A stretch of DNA of 64,000 bases. Source: Deltaproteobacteria bacterium (GTDB taxonomy: Bacteria; Myxococcota_A; UBA9160; UBA6930). The position numbers and the translations under genes were made by a program. Under the pieces are notes generated by a model that did no database searches, was not told where the DNA came from, and saw only the letters and a list, made by a program, of their open reading frames with translations. Every line of letters starts with the position of its first letter. Position 1 is the first letter of the stretch. The DNA lies in NCBI GenBank assembly GCA_028817435.1, contig JAPPPQ010000023.1, forward strand, positions 58,836 to 122,835, in the 5' to 3' direction. This document shows positions 17,959-28,137 of the stretch, one piece after another.

Positions 17959-19401
17959 GTGCGGCGCTGGATGCTTCTCTCTGCCGGTTTGCTCGCAGCG
18001 CTTCTGCTGGGCTGCGGCGTGGGGTTGTGGTTTGCGTTTCGGCTGCCGCCGCCGCTTCCGGCCTCCGGGCGCGGCGCGCTGCTCTCAAGGGTGACCATCG
18101 TGGTGCCGGGCGAAGGGCGGCTCGCCGAGCGCAGCATCATCATTCGCGGCGGCGCGATTGCGGGCATTTTGCCGGCGGTTGCGCGAGGGGCCGATCCGCT
18201 GGCCGGGGCCTACGCCCTGCCGGGTTTGGTAGACGCGCATGTGCATCTACCGCCGCGCGGGCTGCCGGGGCAGACTGCGCTGCACGCTTTTTTGTTTTTG
18301 CGCCACGGCGTTACCGCGGTGCGCAGCGCGGGCGATCGCTATGGCGGTGAATCCGAAGCCATGCGCGCGGGCGTGCAGCGCGGAGATTTTGCCGGGCCGC
18401 GCGTGGTTGCCTGCGGCGGACCGCTCGGCGGCGCAGCGCGCTGGCCCAACGCGCAGGTGCTGCGCACGCCGGAAGCAGCGCGCGCCGCCGTGCAGCGCGT
18501 GGCCGATGCCGGCTTTGGCTGCGTGAAGGTGCAGGAAGATCTCGCGCCCGATGTGCTGGCCGCCATTCGCCGCGCGGCCCGCGGGCTGCGCCTTCCCGTC
18601 ATTGGCCCGGTGCCGCACCGGGTGAAGTGGGGCGATGCCGTCCTGGACGACATTCAGCACCTGCTCGGCTTTGCGCCGCCGGAACAAAACGCGCCCGTGC
18701 TGCGCGGCGGACACGCCTCTTGTGCGGCGGTGTCGCTGGCGGGATTTGAGCGCGTCGGCGCGCCCCACATTATGGAGCGCGCGGGTGGTGCGCTGTGGAG
18801 CGGCATGGCGATTACGCCGATTCTCATTTCCCGGGAGCGGCTGCGCGCGGGCGCGTCTGCAAGTGTGCGGCTTGGCGATGCGCTGTTGCCGCCGTGGTTT
18901 GCGCGGGCCTTTTGGCGGCGCGCTGTTTGCGCTGCGCCGGAGGATGACGCGCTTTGGGCGCGCGCCATGGAGCGCAGCCGCCGCGCGCTGCGGCTGCTGC
19001 ACGGCGCCGGTGTTGCGCTGCACACCGGAACGGATGCGGGTGCAGCCGAGGCGCTGGGCGTCGTGCCGGGGCGCTCGCTGCACCGCGAGCTGCAGTTGTT
19101 TGTGGAGGCGGGGCTTTCGCCCGAGCAGGCGCTGGCGGCTTCCACCGGCGCCTCGGCGCGCGCGCTGGGCATTCCGGGGCTGGGCCAAATTCTCCCCGGC
19201 GCGCCTGCAGATTTGGCGCTGTTCCGGGAAGATCCCAGCCTCGACCTGGCGAATCTGGACACGCTGCTCGGCGTCGTCGCAGATGGCAGGCTCTATTACC
19301 GCGCAGAACTGGATGCGCAGCTCGCGCGCTACCAGCGGCGCTACGGCCAATTCGGTCCACGCGTTGCAGCCCGCGCTGCTGCGCCGCTGCTCGCCCCGTA
19401 A
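17959..19401 (+). CDS. Amidohydrolase family protein with N-terminal membrane anchor/signal
   Basis: LPGLVDAHVHL metal-binding start of the amidohydrolase fold; hydrophobic N-terminus LLSAGLLAALLLGC. Alternative ATG at 17971. Confidence 0.7.
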   Translation: MRRWMLLSAGLLAALLLGCGVGLWFAFRLPPPLPASGRGALLSRVTIVVPGEGRLAERSIIIRGGAIAGILPAVARGADPLAGAYALPGLVDAHVHLPPRGLPGQTALHAFLFLRHGVTAVRSAGDRYGGESEAMRAGVQRGDFAGPRVVACGGPLGGAARWPNAQVLRTPEAARAAVQRVADAGFGCVKVQEDLAPDVLAAIRRAARGLRLPVIGPVPHRVKWGDAVLDDIQHLLGFAPPEQNAPVLRGGHASCAAVSLAGFERVGAPHIMERAGGALWSGMAITPILISRERLRAGASASVRLGDALLPPWFARAFWRRAVCAAPEDDALWARAMERSRRALRLLHGAGVALHTGTDAGAAEALGVVPGRSLHRELQLFVEAGLSPEQALAASTGASARALGIPGLGQILPGAPADLALFREDPSLDLANLDTLLGVVADGRLYYRAELDAQLARYQRRYGQFGPRVAARAAAPLLAP

Positions 19402-19409
19402 CCGCGCGG

Positions 19410-19985
19410 CTACGCCAGGCCGCGGTTCTTCAGCTCGGCTCCGAGCCGCACCGCGTCACTGGAAAGCGGCGCGCCCTTGCGCTCTTCGGGGAGCTTGCCG
19501 GCGGAATCCAGGGCCATCTTCACGCCGTCGTAGGTGATCCACTTCTCCGGCGTCACTTCCAGAATCACCCGGACGGGCGAATCCAGAAACTCCGCAAAGC
19601 GCTTGGCCTCCTCCGGGTCGCCGGGGTTGATGAGCGCTGCCAGCGCAGGGTAAAACCAGGCCTTCACTTCGTTGTCTTCGCGGATGCGGCAGCGCCCCTT
19701 CGCCGTGGCCGTCCATGAGGGGCCGAGCTTGGTTCCGGCGCTGGTGACGCAGATGCAGACCCGCGGATCGCGCCGCACCGCCGAGATGCGGTGGCGGTGC
19801 GCCCCCCCGGTGAGCCAGAACTTCCCGTCGCGCCACAGGTAGGCCATGATCACGCCGACCGGCCAGCCGTCCTTCGTGCTCCACATAAAGGTGCACTCTC
19901 CCTGCGTGCGCAACAGCTTCTCGCGGTCCTCATCCTCCAGGTTGTAGATGGAGACCATTTCGTAGTTTTCGATTTGCTCGGTCAT
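19410..19985 (-). CDS. Pyridoxamine 5'-phosphate oxidase (PPOX)-family flavin/F420-binding protein
   Basis: 191 aa; split-barrel pattern (CTFMWSTKDGWPVGVIMAYLWRDGKFWL...RRDPRVCICV). Confidence 0.6.
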   Translation of the reverse strand: MTEQIENYEMVSIYNLEDEDREKLLRTQGECTFMWSTKDGWPVGVIMAYLWRDGKFWLTGGAHRHRISAVRRDPRVCICVTSAGTKLGPSWTATAKGRCRIREDNEVKAWFYPALAALINPGDPEEAKRFAEFLDSPVRVILEVTPEKWITYDGVKMALDSAGKLPEERKGAPLSSDAVRLGAELKNRGLA

Positions 19986-20006
19986 GATTTTCCTCCCGTG
20001 GATAGG

Positions 20007-20837
20007 TTAACTCTCTGCTTTCTCCGCTTTGGCCACGGCGGAGAGAAAGGCGGGGGATTCGCCGCCGCCGTGAAGCAGCAGGTCTGCGCCGCTGATGTAG
20101 CGGGCGAGGGGCGAGGCCAGGAACAGGCAGGCGTCGCCCACATCTTCGGGTTCGGCGAGCCGCCCGAGGGGGACGCTGGCGGCGGCGGCGGCCACGCCGC
20201 GCGCGCTGCCAAAGTGCAAATTGCTCTGCTCGGTCCGCACCATGCCGGCAGAGACGGCGCAGACGCGCACCTTCGGCGCCCACTCCACGGCCAGGCTCTG
20301 CACCAGCGAAAGCAAACCGGCCTTGGCCGCGCCATAGGCCGCCGTGCCGGGCGAGGCGCGGTGCGCGCTCACGCTTGCGATGAAGAGCACCACGCCGCCT
20401 TCCGGTTGCTGCTGCATAATGGCGTTGGCGCGCTGCGCGCAATGCAGGGGCGCCACCAGGTTGAGCTGCACAATCTTCTCGTGAAAGCGCGGCGATGCAT
20501 CTCCGGCGGCGGCCGGTGGCGCGCCGCCGGCGTTGGCGATCATCACATCCAGCCGCCCGAAGCGCTTGAGGGCGGCGTTTGCCAGCGCCGATACCTGTTG
20601 CGGGTCGCGGACATCGGCGGCGGTGAAGTGCGCGCTGCGGCCGCCGGCGGCGGGCGGCTCTGCGGGGGCGTTCCTGCCGCAGATGATCACCTCTGCGCCG
20701 GCTTCGAGAAAGCGCCTGGCAATGCCGCGTCCCACGCCGCGCCCGCCGCCGGTCACAATGGCGACGCGCCCGGCGAGATTGAGCGCGCCCGCCAGTTGCG
20801 GCGGCTGCGGCGGTTGCAACGCGGGCGGCCGGCTCAC
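20007..20837 (-). CDS. SDR family oxidoreductase (last gene of the catabolic operon)
   Basis: GTG 20837 overlaps the upstream ACAD stop (GTGA). VAIVTGGGRGVG; YGAAKAG. Confidence 0.8.
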   Translation of the reverse strand: MSRPPALQPPQPPQLAGALNLAGRVAIVTGGGRGVGRGIARRFLEAGAEVIICGRNAPAEPPAAGGRSAHFTAADVRDPQQVSALANAALKRFGRLDVMIANAGGAPPAAAGDASPRFHEKIVQLNLVAPLHCAQRANAIMQQQPEGGVVLFIASVSAHRASPGTAAYGAAKAGLLSLVQSLAVEWAPKVRVCAVSAGMVRTEQSNLHFGSARGVAAAAASVPLGRLAEPEDVGDACLFLASPLARYISGADLLLHGGGESPAFLSAVAKAEKAES

Positions 20838-21970
20838 AGGCCGATGCACTGCGCCAGGCGCTCGCGGTGCCAGGCGGAATCGCCCAGCAACACCGCGCTG
20901 GAACGGGCGCGCTTGAAGTAGAGATGCAGATCGTATTCCCAGGTGAAGCCGACTCCGCCGAAGATTTGCAGCGCCTGGCCGGCGCAAAAGGTGTAGGCAT
21001 CGCTGGCGGCCGCCTTGGCCATGGCCGAGGCGGCGGGCAGCGCGGCCGCATCGTCGTCGGCCACGCAAGCGGCGTAGTAGGTTGCCGAGCGCGCGGTTTC
21101 CACTTGCACCATCATATCGGCCATTTTGTGTTTGAGCGCCTGAAATGCGCCGATGGGTTTGCCGAATTGCACGCGCTGCCTGGCGTGCGCGACGGCGAGC
21201 TGTAGGCAGCGCGCCGCGCCGCCCACCTGCTCTGCGGCCAGCGCCACGGCGGCGTGCTGCAGGGCGCGCTCCAGCCCGGGCCAGGCAAACTCGGCTTCGC
21301 CCAGGCGCGCGCTGGCGGGCACGCGCACTTCGTCCAGGCGCAGCGCGGCCAGGCAGCGCGTCGCATCCATGGTGGGCAGCCGTTCGCGGGCGATTCCCTT
21401 TGCATCGGTGGGCACGGCAAAGAGCGAGATTCCCTCTGCGCCCCGGCTCCCGTCGGCGCGCGCCGCCAGCAGCAGCAGGTCTGCGCAGTGTCCGTCCACG
21501 CAGCGCAGTGCTCCCGAAAGGATGGCGTCGCCGCCATCCTGGCGAAAGTGGAGCTGCACGGCGTCGGCGTCCCAGTGCCCGCTGTCTGGGGAAAAACCCA
21601 GCGCGGCGATGCATTCGCCCGATGCAATGCCGGGCAAATGCGCGCGCTTTTGCGCTTCGCTGCCGCAGGCCAGCAGCGCACTTGCGGCGAGGCACGCGCT
21701 GGCAAAGAAGGGCGCGCAGAGCAGCGCTTCGCCCATCGGCTCCATCAGCGCGCAGAGTTCGACGGCGCCCATGCCTGCGCCGCCATAGGATTCGGGAATC
21801 GCCGCGGCGGGCCAGCCGAGCTCCGCGCCGATGCGCTTCCAGGTCTGCGGATCAAAGCCCAGCGCGCTTTCCATGGCCGCGCGCACCTGTTGCGAATCCG
21901 AGCGCTCGGCCAAAAAGACCCGCGCCATTTCGCGCAACTCGCGCTGTTCGGCGGTGAAGGCGAAATCCAC
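20834..21970 (-). CDS. Acyl-CoA dehydrogenase (GFTWE-type C-terminus)
   Basis: MDFAFTAEQRELREMARVFL; C-terminal FGGVGFTWEYDLHLYFKRA. Confidence 0.85.
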   Translation of the reverse strand: MDFAFTAEQRELREMARVFLAERSDSQQVRAAMESALGFDPQTWKRIGAELGWPAAAIPESYGGAGMGAVELCALMEPMGEALLCAPFFASACLAASALLACGSEAQKRAHLPGIASGECIAALGFSPDSGHWDADAVQLHFRQDGGDAILSGALRCVDGHCADLLLLAARADGSRGAEGISLFAVPTDAKGIARERLPTMDATRCLAALRLDEVRVPASARLGEAEFAWPGLERALQHAAVALAAEQVGGAARCLQLAVAHARQRVQFGKPIGAFQALKHKMADMMVQVETARSATYYAACVADDDAAALPAASAMAKAAASDAYTFCAGQALQIFGGVGFTWEYDLHLYFKRARSSAVLLGDSAWHRERLAQCIGL

Positions 21971-21976
21971 AGTTTC

Positions 21977-22876
21977 TCAAGCGCCGTGGACGGGCTCGGC
22001 GGGGGCCGATTCGCGCAGCAGTTCGTGCACGGCTGCGCCCACTTCGTCGGCTTCCCAGCGCGAATCCCGGCTGCGCTTCGGCCCCATGCGCCAGCCGTCG
22101 TTCAGGCAAATCTCGCCCCCCGAAAGCTCGAAGCAGCGCCCGGTCACTTCCTGCGATTCCGCGCTGCCGAGCCACACCACCAGCGGCGAGACATTCCCGG
22201 GCGCCATGGCGTCGAAGCCGCTCTCGGGCTTCGCCATGGTTTCGGCGAAGAATGCCTCGGTCATGCGCGTGCGCGCCGCGGGCGCAATGGCGTTGGCGGT
22301 AATTCCGTAGCGCCCCAGCTCGGCGGCCTGCACCAAAGTGAGCGCGGCGATGCCGGCCTTTGCCGCCGAATAGGCGCTCTGCCCCATGCTGCCGCGCAGC
22401 CCCGCCCCCGAACTGGTGTTGATGATGCGCGCCGCAACCGGCTGCCCGGCCTTGGCGCGCCCGCGCCAGTGCTCTGCGGCCAGCCGCGAAAGGCAAAAGT
22501 GCCCTTTCAAGTGCACGCGCAGCACGGCGTCCCATTCCTCTTCGCTGCAGGAGACGAACATACGGTCGCGCACGAAGCCCGCGTTGTTCACCACCACATC
22601 CAGCCCGCCGAAAGTGTCGAGGGTGCGGCGCAGGAGCTGCTGCACCTGCGCCCAGTCCGCCACATCGGCGCCGTCGGCCAGCGCCTCGCCGCCCGCGGCG
22701 CGAATCTCCTCCACCACGCCGGCGGCGGGGCTCTCTGCGCTGCTGCCGTCCAGGGCCACGCCCAGATCGTTCACCACCACCTTTGCGCCCTGCCGCGCGA
22801 ATTCCAGTGCGTGAGCGCGGCCGAGCCCGCGCCCCGCGCCGGTCACAATGACCACGCGCCCTTCGCAAATTCCCAT
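21977..22876 (-). CDS. SDR family oxidoreductase (hydroxyacyl-CoA dehydrogenase-like)
   Basis: VVIVTGAGRGLGRAHALEFARQGAKVVVND; YSAAKAG. Confidence 0.8.
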   Translation of the reverse strand: MGICEGRVVIVTGAGRGLGRAHALEFARQGAKVVVNDLGVALDGSSAESPAAGVVEEIRAAGGEALADGADVADWAQVQQLLRRTLDTFGGLDVVVNNAGFVRDRMFVSCSEEEWDAVLRVHLKGHFCLSRLAAEHWRGRAKAGQPVAARIINTSSGAGLRGSMGQSAYSAAKAGIAALTLVQAAELGRYGITANAIAPAARTRMTEAFFAETMAKPESGFDAMAPGNVSPLVVWLGSAESQEVTGRCFELSGGEICLNDGWRMGPKRSRDSRWEADEVGAAVHELLRESAPAEPVHGA

Positions 22877-22889
22877 TCGCTTCTCCTTT

Positions 22890-24050
22890 CTAGAGCCGCT
22901 CGACGATGGTCACATTCGCCTGGCCGCCGCCTTCGCACATGGTCTGCAGGCCGTAGCGCCCGCCGCAGCGCTCCAGTTCGCCGAGCAGCGTGGTCATGAG
23001 CCGCGCGCCGGTTGCGCCGATGGGGTGGCCCAGCGCAATGGCGCCGCCGTTCACATTCACGCACTCCATGTCCCAGCCGGTCTCCTTTTGCCAGGCGAGC
23101 ACCACCGAGGCGAATGCCTCGTTGATCTCGACGCGCGCGATGTCTTCCATGCGCATACCCGACTTCTGCAGGGCGCGGCGCGTTGCGGGAATCGGCGCGC
23201 TGAGCATGAAGATGGGATCGTCGGCCAGCACGCTGATGTGGTGAATGCGCGCGCGCGGCGTGAGTCCGTGCTGCTTGAGCGCGGCCTCCGATGCCACCAG
23301 CAGCGCGGCCGCGCCGTCGGAGATTTGGCTGGATACGGCCGCCGTGAGCCGCCCGCCCTCTGCCAGCGGCGGAAGCTCCGCCATCTTTTCCAGCGAGGTG
23401 TTGCGGCGCGGGCCTTCGTCCTGCGCCAGCTCGCCGAGCGGCGCAATCTCGTCGGCAAAGCGCCCTTCGTCCGCGGCGCGCACTGCGCGCTGGTGGCTGG
23501 CGAGGGCGAAGCGCTCCATGTCCTCCCGCGAAATCTCCCACTTTTCGGCAATCAGCTCTGCGCCGCGAAACTGCGAAACTTCGCCTTCGCCATAGCGCGC
23601 AACCCAACCCCGGGAGCCCGAGAAAGGATCGGCAAAGCCGAGGGGCTCGGCGGCCTGCAGCGCATAGCCGATGGGAATGGCGCTCATGTTCTGCACGCCT
23701 CCTGCGACGAGCAGATCGGCGGTGCCGCTCATGACGCCCTGCGCGGCGAAGTGCAGCGATTGCTGGCTCGAACCGCACTGCCGGTCAATGGTGACGCCGG
23801 GCACATGCTCGGGCAGTCCCGCCGCCAGCCAACAGGTGCGCGCAATGTCCCCCGCCTGCGGCCCCAGCGTGTCGCAGCAGCCGAAAATCACATCCTCCAC
23901 CGCGGCGGGATCCACACCGCTGCGCTGCATGAGCGCGCCAATGGCGTGCGCGCCGAGATCTGCCGGATGCACCGCGGCGAGCCCGCCGCCGCGCTTGCCC
24001 ACGGGGGTGCGCACCGCGTCCACAATGTATGCCTGTGCTGTGTTGCTCAT
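22890..24050 (-). CDS. Acetyl-CoA C-acyltransferase (thiolase; FadA6/ScdF-like by context)
   Basis: MSNTAQAYIVDAVRTPVGKRGG; active-site DRQCGSSQQ; C-terminal CEGGGQANVTIVERL. ATGA overlap with the upstream ACAD at 24047-24050. Confidence 0.9.
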   Translation of the reverse strand: MSNTAQAYIVDAVRTPVGKRGGGLAAVHPADLGAHAIGALMQRSGVDPAAVEDVIFGCCDTLGPQAGDIARTCWLAAGLPEHVPGVTIDRQCGSSQQSLHFAAQGVMSGTADLLVAGGVQNMSAIPIGYALQAAEPLGFADPFSGSRGWVARYGEGEVSQFRGAELIAEKWEISREDMERFALASHQRAVRAADEGRFADEIAPLGELAQDEGPRRNTSLEKMAELPPLAEGGRLTAAVSSQISDGAAALLVASEAALKQHGLTPRARIHHISVLADDPIFMLSAPIPATRRALQKSGMRMEDIARVEINEAFASVVLAWQKETGWDMECVNVNGGAIALGHPIGATGARLMTTLLGELERCGGRYGLQTMCEGGGQANVTIVERL

Positions 24051-25117
24051 GTCGTTTCTCCTGTTGCAAAGGTGGTTGCCGGGCCGATGGGGAACGCGCC
24101 GCCGAGCAGCGGCTCGCGCACCCGGCTCAAGTGAAAACGCGCGCTCCCCCAGGATTGCGCCAGCGACCAGGCGCGGCGCATCCAAATGTGAAGATCCTGC
24201 TCCCATGTGTAGCCAATGGCGCCGTGACACTGCAGCGCCTGGCGCGCGGCGAACTCCGCCGCCTCGCAGGCCAGCAGTTTTGCCATGGAGATATGCACGC
24301 CGCACTGCGGGTGCTCCGCCTGCTGCGCCAGAGAATGCGCGGCGCGCTGCACCAAGGGGCGGGCGTATTCCAGCTTCAACTTCACATCGGCCAGCTTGTG
24401 CTTGAGCGCCTGAAAGCTGCCGACGGGTTTGCCGAACTGACGGCGCTCGCTGGTATAAGCCACGGACATTTGCAAAAGCTGCTCGCAGACGCCGATGGCC
24501 TGTGCCGCGCAGGTCAGCGCGCCGCGCAGCAGCACTGCATCCCACAGCGCACGGGCGCGCGCGCCTTCGGCCAGCGGCGGATGCGCGTCGCTGTCGAAGC
24601 TCACCTTGGCGAGGAAGCGCGAGGGATCGCTGCTGGGCAGCGACTCGCACTGCGCCGCCGCGCGGGGCACGGCGTGGAGCGCAAACTGCGCGCCGGGCAG
24701 CAGCAGCAACTGCGCGCAATCGGCGTCCTCGACCGCGGCGAACAGCGGGTGCCCCACCGCCACAACGGCGCGGCCCGCGGCGATTTGCGGCAGCCACTCT
24801 TCGGCCAGCGCGCCGCCGAGCTCGGCGAGCAGCGGCGCGGCAACGATGGCGCTTGCCAGCGGCTCGGCCAGCGCGGCCCGCCCGGCCTCTTCCAGCATAT
24901 TTGCCGCGGCCACCAGGTCGAGGCCGAGTCCGCCGTGCTCTTCGGCAATCAGCATTCCGCACACGCCCAGCTCGGCCAAGGCAGCCCAGAGCGCGCCGCC
25001 GCGCTGCGCCTCGCCCGCCCAGAGCGCGCGCAACTTTGCGGGCGGAAACTCGCCGGCCAGAAAGTCGCGCAGCGATTGCTGCAGCAGCAGATGCTCTTCG
25101 GCGCTGCGGAAATCCAC
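24047..25117 (-). CDS. Acyl-CoA dehydrogenase family protein (GYTWE-type, probable beta-like partner subunit)
   Basis: GTG 25117 gives VDFRSAEEHLLLQQSLRDFL, the standard ACAD N-terminus, 2 nt after the upstream stop. C-terminal HGAIGYTWEQDLHIWMRRA. Confidence 0.8.
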   Translation of the reverse strand: MDFRSAEEHLLLQQSLRDFLAGEFPPAKLRALWAGEAQRGGALWAALAELGVCGMLIAEEHGGLGLDLVAAANMLEEAGRAALAEPLASAIVAAPLLAELGGALAEEWLPQIAAGRAVVAVGHPLFAAVEDADCAQLLLLPGAQFALHAVPRAAAQCESLPSSDPSRFLAKVSFDSDAHPPLAEGARARALWDAVLLRGALTCAAQAIGVCEQLLQMSVAYTSERRQFGKPVGSFQALKHKLADVKLKLEYARPLVQRAAHSLAQQAEHPQCGVHISMAKLLACEAAEFAARQALQCHGAIGYTWEQDLHIWMRRAWSLAQSWGSARFHLSRVREPLLGGAFPIGPATTFATGETT

Positions 25118-25119
25118 CG

Positions 25120-26265
25120 CTACCTCGGCATGCCGAGAATGCGCTCGGCGATGATGTTGCGCTGAATTTCGTTGGTGCCCGCATAGATGGGACCCGAGAG
25201 CGCGAAGAGATAGCCGTCGAGCCACTCCGCCGCCGCCGCATTTTCTGAAGCAGGGCCGCACTCGCCCAGAATTTGCAGCGCCAGTTCGTGCATGCGCAGG
25301 TCGAGCTCGCTCCAGAACACCTTGTTCAAGCTGGATTCGCTGCCGATTTTGCCGCCCGCCAGCAGCTTCGACACCGTTCGGTAAGTTTCCAGCGCGTAGG
25401 CTTCCGCGCCGATCCAGCAGCGCGCCACTTCGTCCTGCAGCGCCTCGCCCACAAGTTCCCGGTGTGCGCGGCACAGCGAAACCAGGCGTTGCGCCGTGTG
25501 TTGAAAGCGCGCGGGGCTGCGCAGCATGAGCCCGCGCTCGAAGCCCGCCGTCGCCATTGCCACCCGCCAGCCCGCGCCCTCTTCGCCGAGCCGGTTTTCG
25601 GCGGGGACGCGCACATCGTCAAAGAAAACCTCGGCGAAGCCCGGCAGCCCGTCCAACTGCGGAATGGGGCGCACCGTGATGCCCGGCAAATTGAGCGGCA
25701 CCAGAATGAAGCTGAGCCCCCGGTGGCGCTCGGAATCCGGGTCGCTGCGGAACATGCCGAAGAGCCAATCGGCAAATGCACCCCGCGAGGCCCAGGTCTT
25801 TTGCCCGTTCACAATGTAGTGGCCGCCGTCGCGCAACGCGGTGGCCTGAATGTTCGCCATGTCGCTGCCCGCGTTCGGCTCGCTCCAGCCCTGCGCCCAG
25901 ACTTCCTCGCTGGAAGCCATCTTCGGCAAAAAGCGCGCCTTCTGCTGCTTCGTTCCGAATTCCATAATCGTCGGCCCGAGCAGAAAAATGCCGTTCTGGT
26001 TGATGCGCTTCGGCGCGCCCGCGCGGTAATACTCCTCCTCGAAAATCAGCCACTCGAAAAGGTCCGCGCCGCGCCCGCCGAACTCCACCGGCCAAGGCAC
26101 CATGGCCCAGCCGCCGGCGTTGAGCTTCGCCTCCCATTCCCGGTGCAGCCGCGCGCCCTCCGCCGTATCGAAAGAGGGCAGCGGCCCGGACGGCACATTC
26201 GCCTCCAGCCATTCCCGCGCCTCGCGCCGAAACGCCCGCTGCTCATCGGTGTAGCGAAGCTCCAT
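25120..26265 (-). CDS. Acyl-CoA dehydrogenase (YAGTNEIQRNIIAE-type)
   Basis: MELRYTDEQRAFRREAREWL; GWSEPNAGSDMA; C-terminal IYAGTNEIQRNIIAERILGMP. Confidence 0.85.
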   Translation of the reverse strand: MELRYTDEQRAFRREAREWLEANVPSGPLPSFDTAEGARLHREWEAKLNAGGWAMVPWPVEFGGRGADLFEWLIFEEEYYRAGAPKRINQNGIFLLGPTIMEFGTKQQKARFLPKMASSEEVWAQGWSEPNAGSDMANIQATALRDGGHYIVNGQKTWASRGAFADWLFGMFRSDPDSERHRGLSFILVPLNLPGITVRPIPQLDGLPGFAEVFFDDVRVPAENRLGEEGAGWRVAMATAGFERGLMLRSPARFQHTAQRLVSLCRAHRELVGEALQDEVARCWIGAEAYALETYRTVSKLLAGGKIGSESSLNKVFWSELDLRMHELALQILGECGPASENAAAAEWLDGYLFALSGPIYAGTNEIQRNIIAERILGMPR

Positions 26266-26267
26266 GT

Positions 26268-27023
26268 TTACTTTTCGCCGAAATCCGCTTCGCGCTTTTC
26301 GGCGAAGGCGTCGCGGGCTTCCTGGGAATCGGGGGTGGTGTAGAGCTCGAAGGTGAAGCCCTGCTCGAAGCGGTAGCTCTGCTTCGGGTTCAGCAATTCG
26401 ATGCCGTTCAGCGACCACTTTGCCAGGCGGACGGCGCGGGGGCTTTTGGCGGCGATCTTTTGGGCCAGCTCCAGCGCTGCGGCGCGCAGTTCGGAGCGCG
26501 GCGCCACGCGCAGCACGCCGCCCAGGCGCAGCGCTTCCGCCGCGCCGATGGGTTCGCCGGTGAGCAGCATGCGCCGCGCCTCTTGCATGCCGAACATGCG
26601 CATGGCGTGGGTGGCGGCGCCCAGTGCGCCGCGGTCCAGTTCGGGCAGGCCGAAGCTCGCGTCTTCCGAGCAGAGCACCAGGTCGCAGCTTCCGGCAATG
26701 CCGATGCCGCCGCCCAGGCAGTAGCCGTGCACCGCGGCGATTACCGGAACCGGGCAATCGTAGAGGTTGGCGAAGAGCTCGTAGCAGCCGCGGTTCACGG
26801 CCGCGATCAGCGAGCCGTCCGCGGCCAGTTCCTTCACATCCACGCCGCACTGGAAGCCGCGGCCCTCGGCGCGAATCACCAGCACGCGCACCGCCTCGGA
26901 GCGGCCCAGCGCGGCGACCTGCTCTGCCAGCGCAAACCAATCGGCGGCGGCGAAGGCGTTGACGGGGGGCTTGTCCATTACCAACTCTGCAATGCCGCCC
27001 TCGATCTTTGTGGAAAAGGCCAC
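26268..27023 (-). CDS. Enoyl-CoA hydratase/isomerase (crotonase; EchA20/ScdY-like by context)
   Basis: 251 aa; VNAF...VLVIRAEGRGFQCGVD...AVHGYCLGGGIGIAGSCD oxyanion-hole blocks. Confidence 0.85.
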   Translation of the reverse strand: MAFSTKIEGGIAELVMDKPPVNAFAAADWFALAEQVAALGRSEAVRVLVIRAEGRGFQCGVDVKELAADGSLIAAVNRGCYELFANLYDCPVPVIAAVHGYCLGGGIGIAGSCDLVLCSEDASFGLPELDRGALGAATHAMRMFGMQEARRMLLTGEPIGAAEALRLGGVLRVAPRSELRAAALELAQKIAAKSPRAVRLAKWSLNGIELLNPKQSYRFEQGFTFELYTTPDSQEARDAFAEKREADFGEK

Positions 27024-27026
27024 CGC

Positions 27027-28133
27027 TTAGCCTCCGCTCTCCGCCCGCGCCTGCGCCGAACCCGGTTGCGCATGGGCGGCGAGTTGCTGCAGAGTTTGCT
27101 CCGCCTCTGCGATGATGCGCGCGACGAGTTCGGCGCAGCGCGGGCGGTCTTCGATCAGCCCGGCGACGCTGCCGCTGGGCAGGTAGCCGCGCACCGGGTC
27201 GCCCTCGCACATGGCGCGGCGCGCCAGCACCGGTGCGCCCGCGGCCATGAGCAGTTGCGAGCGGGTGAGGCGCTCGTTTCTGCGCATGGCGAGCGCGCTG
27301 CGCAGCAGGCCGGAGAGCGAAGCGCCGGAGAATTTGCGGAATGCCAGTCCGTTTCGCAGCGCAAAGAGCAGCCGCCGCAGCGCGCCCCGGCCTTCGAGGC
27401 TTTGCACCAGTTCGTTTGTAATGACGCGCTGGGGCAGGCCGTCAATTTCGCGGGTCACGATGACATCGGCAAATTGCGCCTGGCGGTAGCGCGCCGCGGT
27501 GGCTTCGGGCAGCGGGCTTTCCGCGGTCATCAAAAAGCGCGTGCCCATGGCGATGCCCGATGCGCCCAGCGCCAGCGCCGCCACCAACCCGCGGCCATCG
27601 CGGAAGCCGCCCGCCGCCACCACGGGCGCCTGCACGGCTTCGGCGCAGGCGGGCACCAGCAGCGAGGTGGCGATGCTGCCGGTGTGGCCGCCGCCTTCGC
27701 CGCCCTGCACGATGATGGCGTCTGCGCCGAGTTGCTCGGCCTTTTGCGCGTGGCGCGGCGCGCCGCAGGTGGGAATGCACAGCACGCCGCCATCCTTCAA
27801 GCGGCGGATCAGCGCGGCGGAGGGCGCGCGGTTGTAGCCCGCCGCGCGCACGCCGTTTTCCAAAATCAGCTCCACAATGCGCTCCGCCCCCGGCGCGTCC
27901 ATGAGAAAATTCACGCCGAAGGGGCGCTGCGTGAGCGAACGCGTGCGCTCAATGCGCGCCGCCACTTCGGAAACCGGCAGAGCGGCCGCGGCCAAAAAGC
28001 CAAAAGCGCCGGCGTTGCAGGCGGCGGCCACCAGTTCCGGCGTCGCCACCCAGCCCATGCCGGTCTGCACAATAGGCGCAGAGACGCCGAGCAAATCGCA
28101 GAGCCGCGTGTGCAGGGGCGAAGCGGTGGACAT
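27027..28133 (-). CDS. Nitronate monooxygenase-family FMN enzyme (enoyl reductase-like; IpdC/ScdN-like by context)
   Basis: LLGVSAPIVQTGMGWVATPELVAAACNAGAFGFL and IIVQGGEGGGHTG blocks. Confidence 0.8.
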   Translation of the reverse strand: MSTASPLHTRLCDLLGVSAPIVQTGMGWVATPELVAAACNAGAFGFLAAAALPVSEVAARIERTRSLTQRPFGVNFLMDAPGAERIVELILENGVRAAGYNRAPSAALIRRLKDGGVLCIPTCGAPRHAQKAEQLGADAIIVQGGEGGGHTGSIATSLLVPACAEAVQAPVVAAGGFRDGRGLVAALALGASGIAMGTRFLMTAESPLPEATAARYRQAQFADVIVTREIDGLPQRVITNELVQSLEGRGALRRLLFALRNGLAFRKFSGASLSGLLRSALAMRRNERLTRSQLLMAAGAPVLARRAMCEGDPVRGYLPSGSVAGLIEDRPRCAELVARIIAEAEQTLQQLAAHAQPGSAQARAESGG

Positions 28134-28137
28134 TTTC

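Noticed and set aside
22890-25241. 783-aa ORF suggesting a giant thiolase fusion (and similarly 24047-25474, 25120-27210, 28138-29106, 28962-30017, 20007-21695)
   Set aside because: In each case the family-typical N-terminus begins at an internal ATG/GTG/TTG placed 0-4 nt from the upstream gene's stop. The extra N-terminal stretch is Arg/Pro-rich and overlaps the real upstream gene in another frame.
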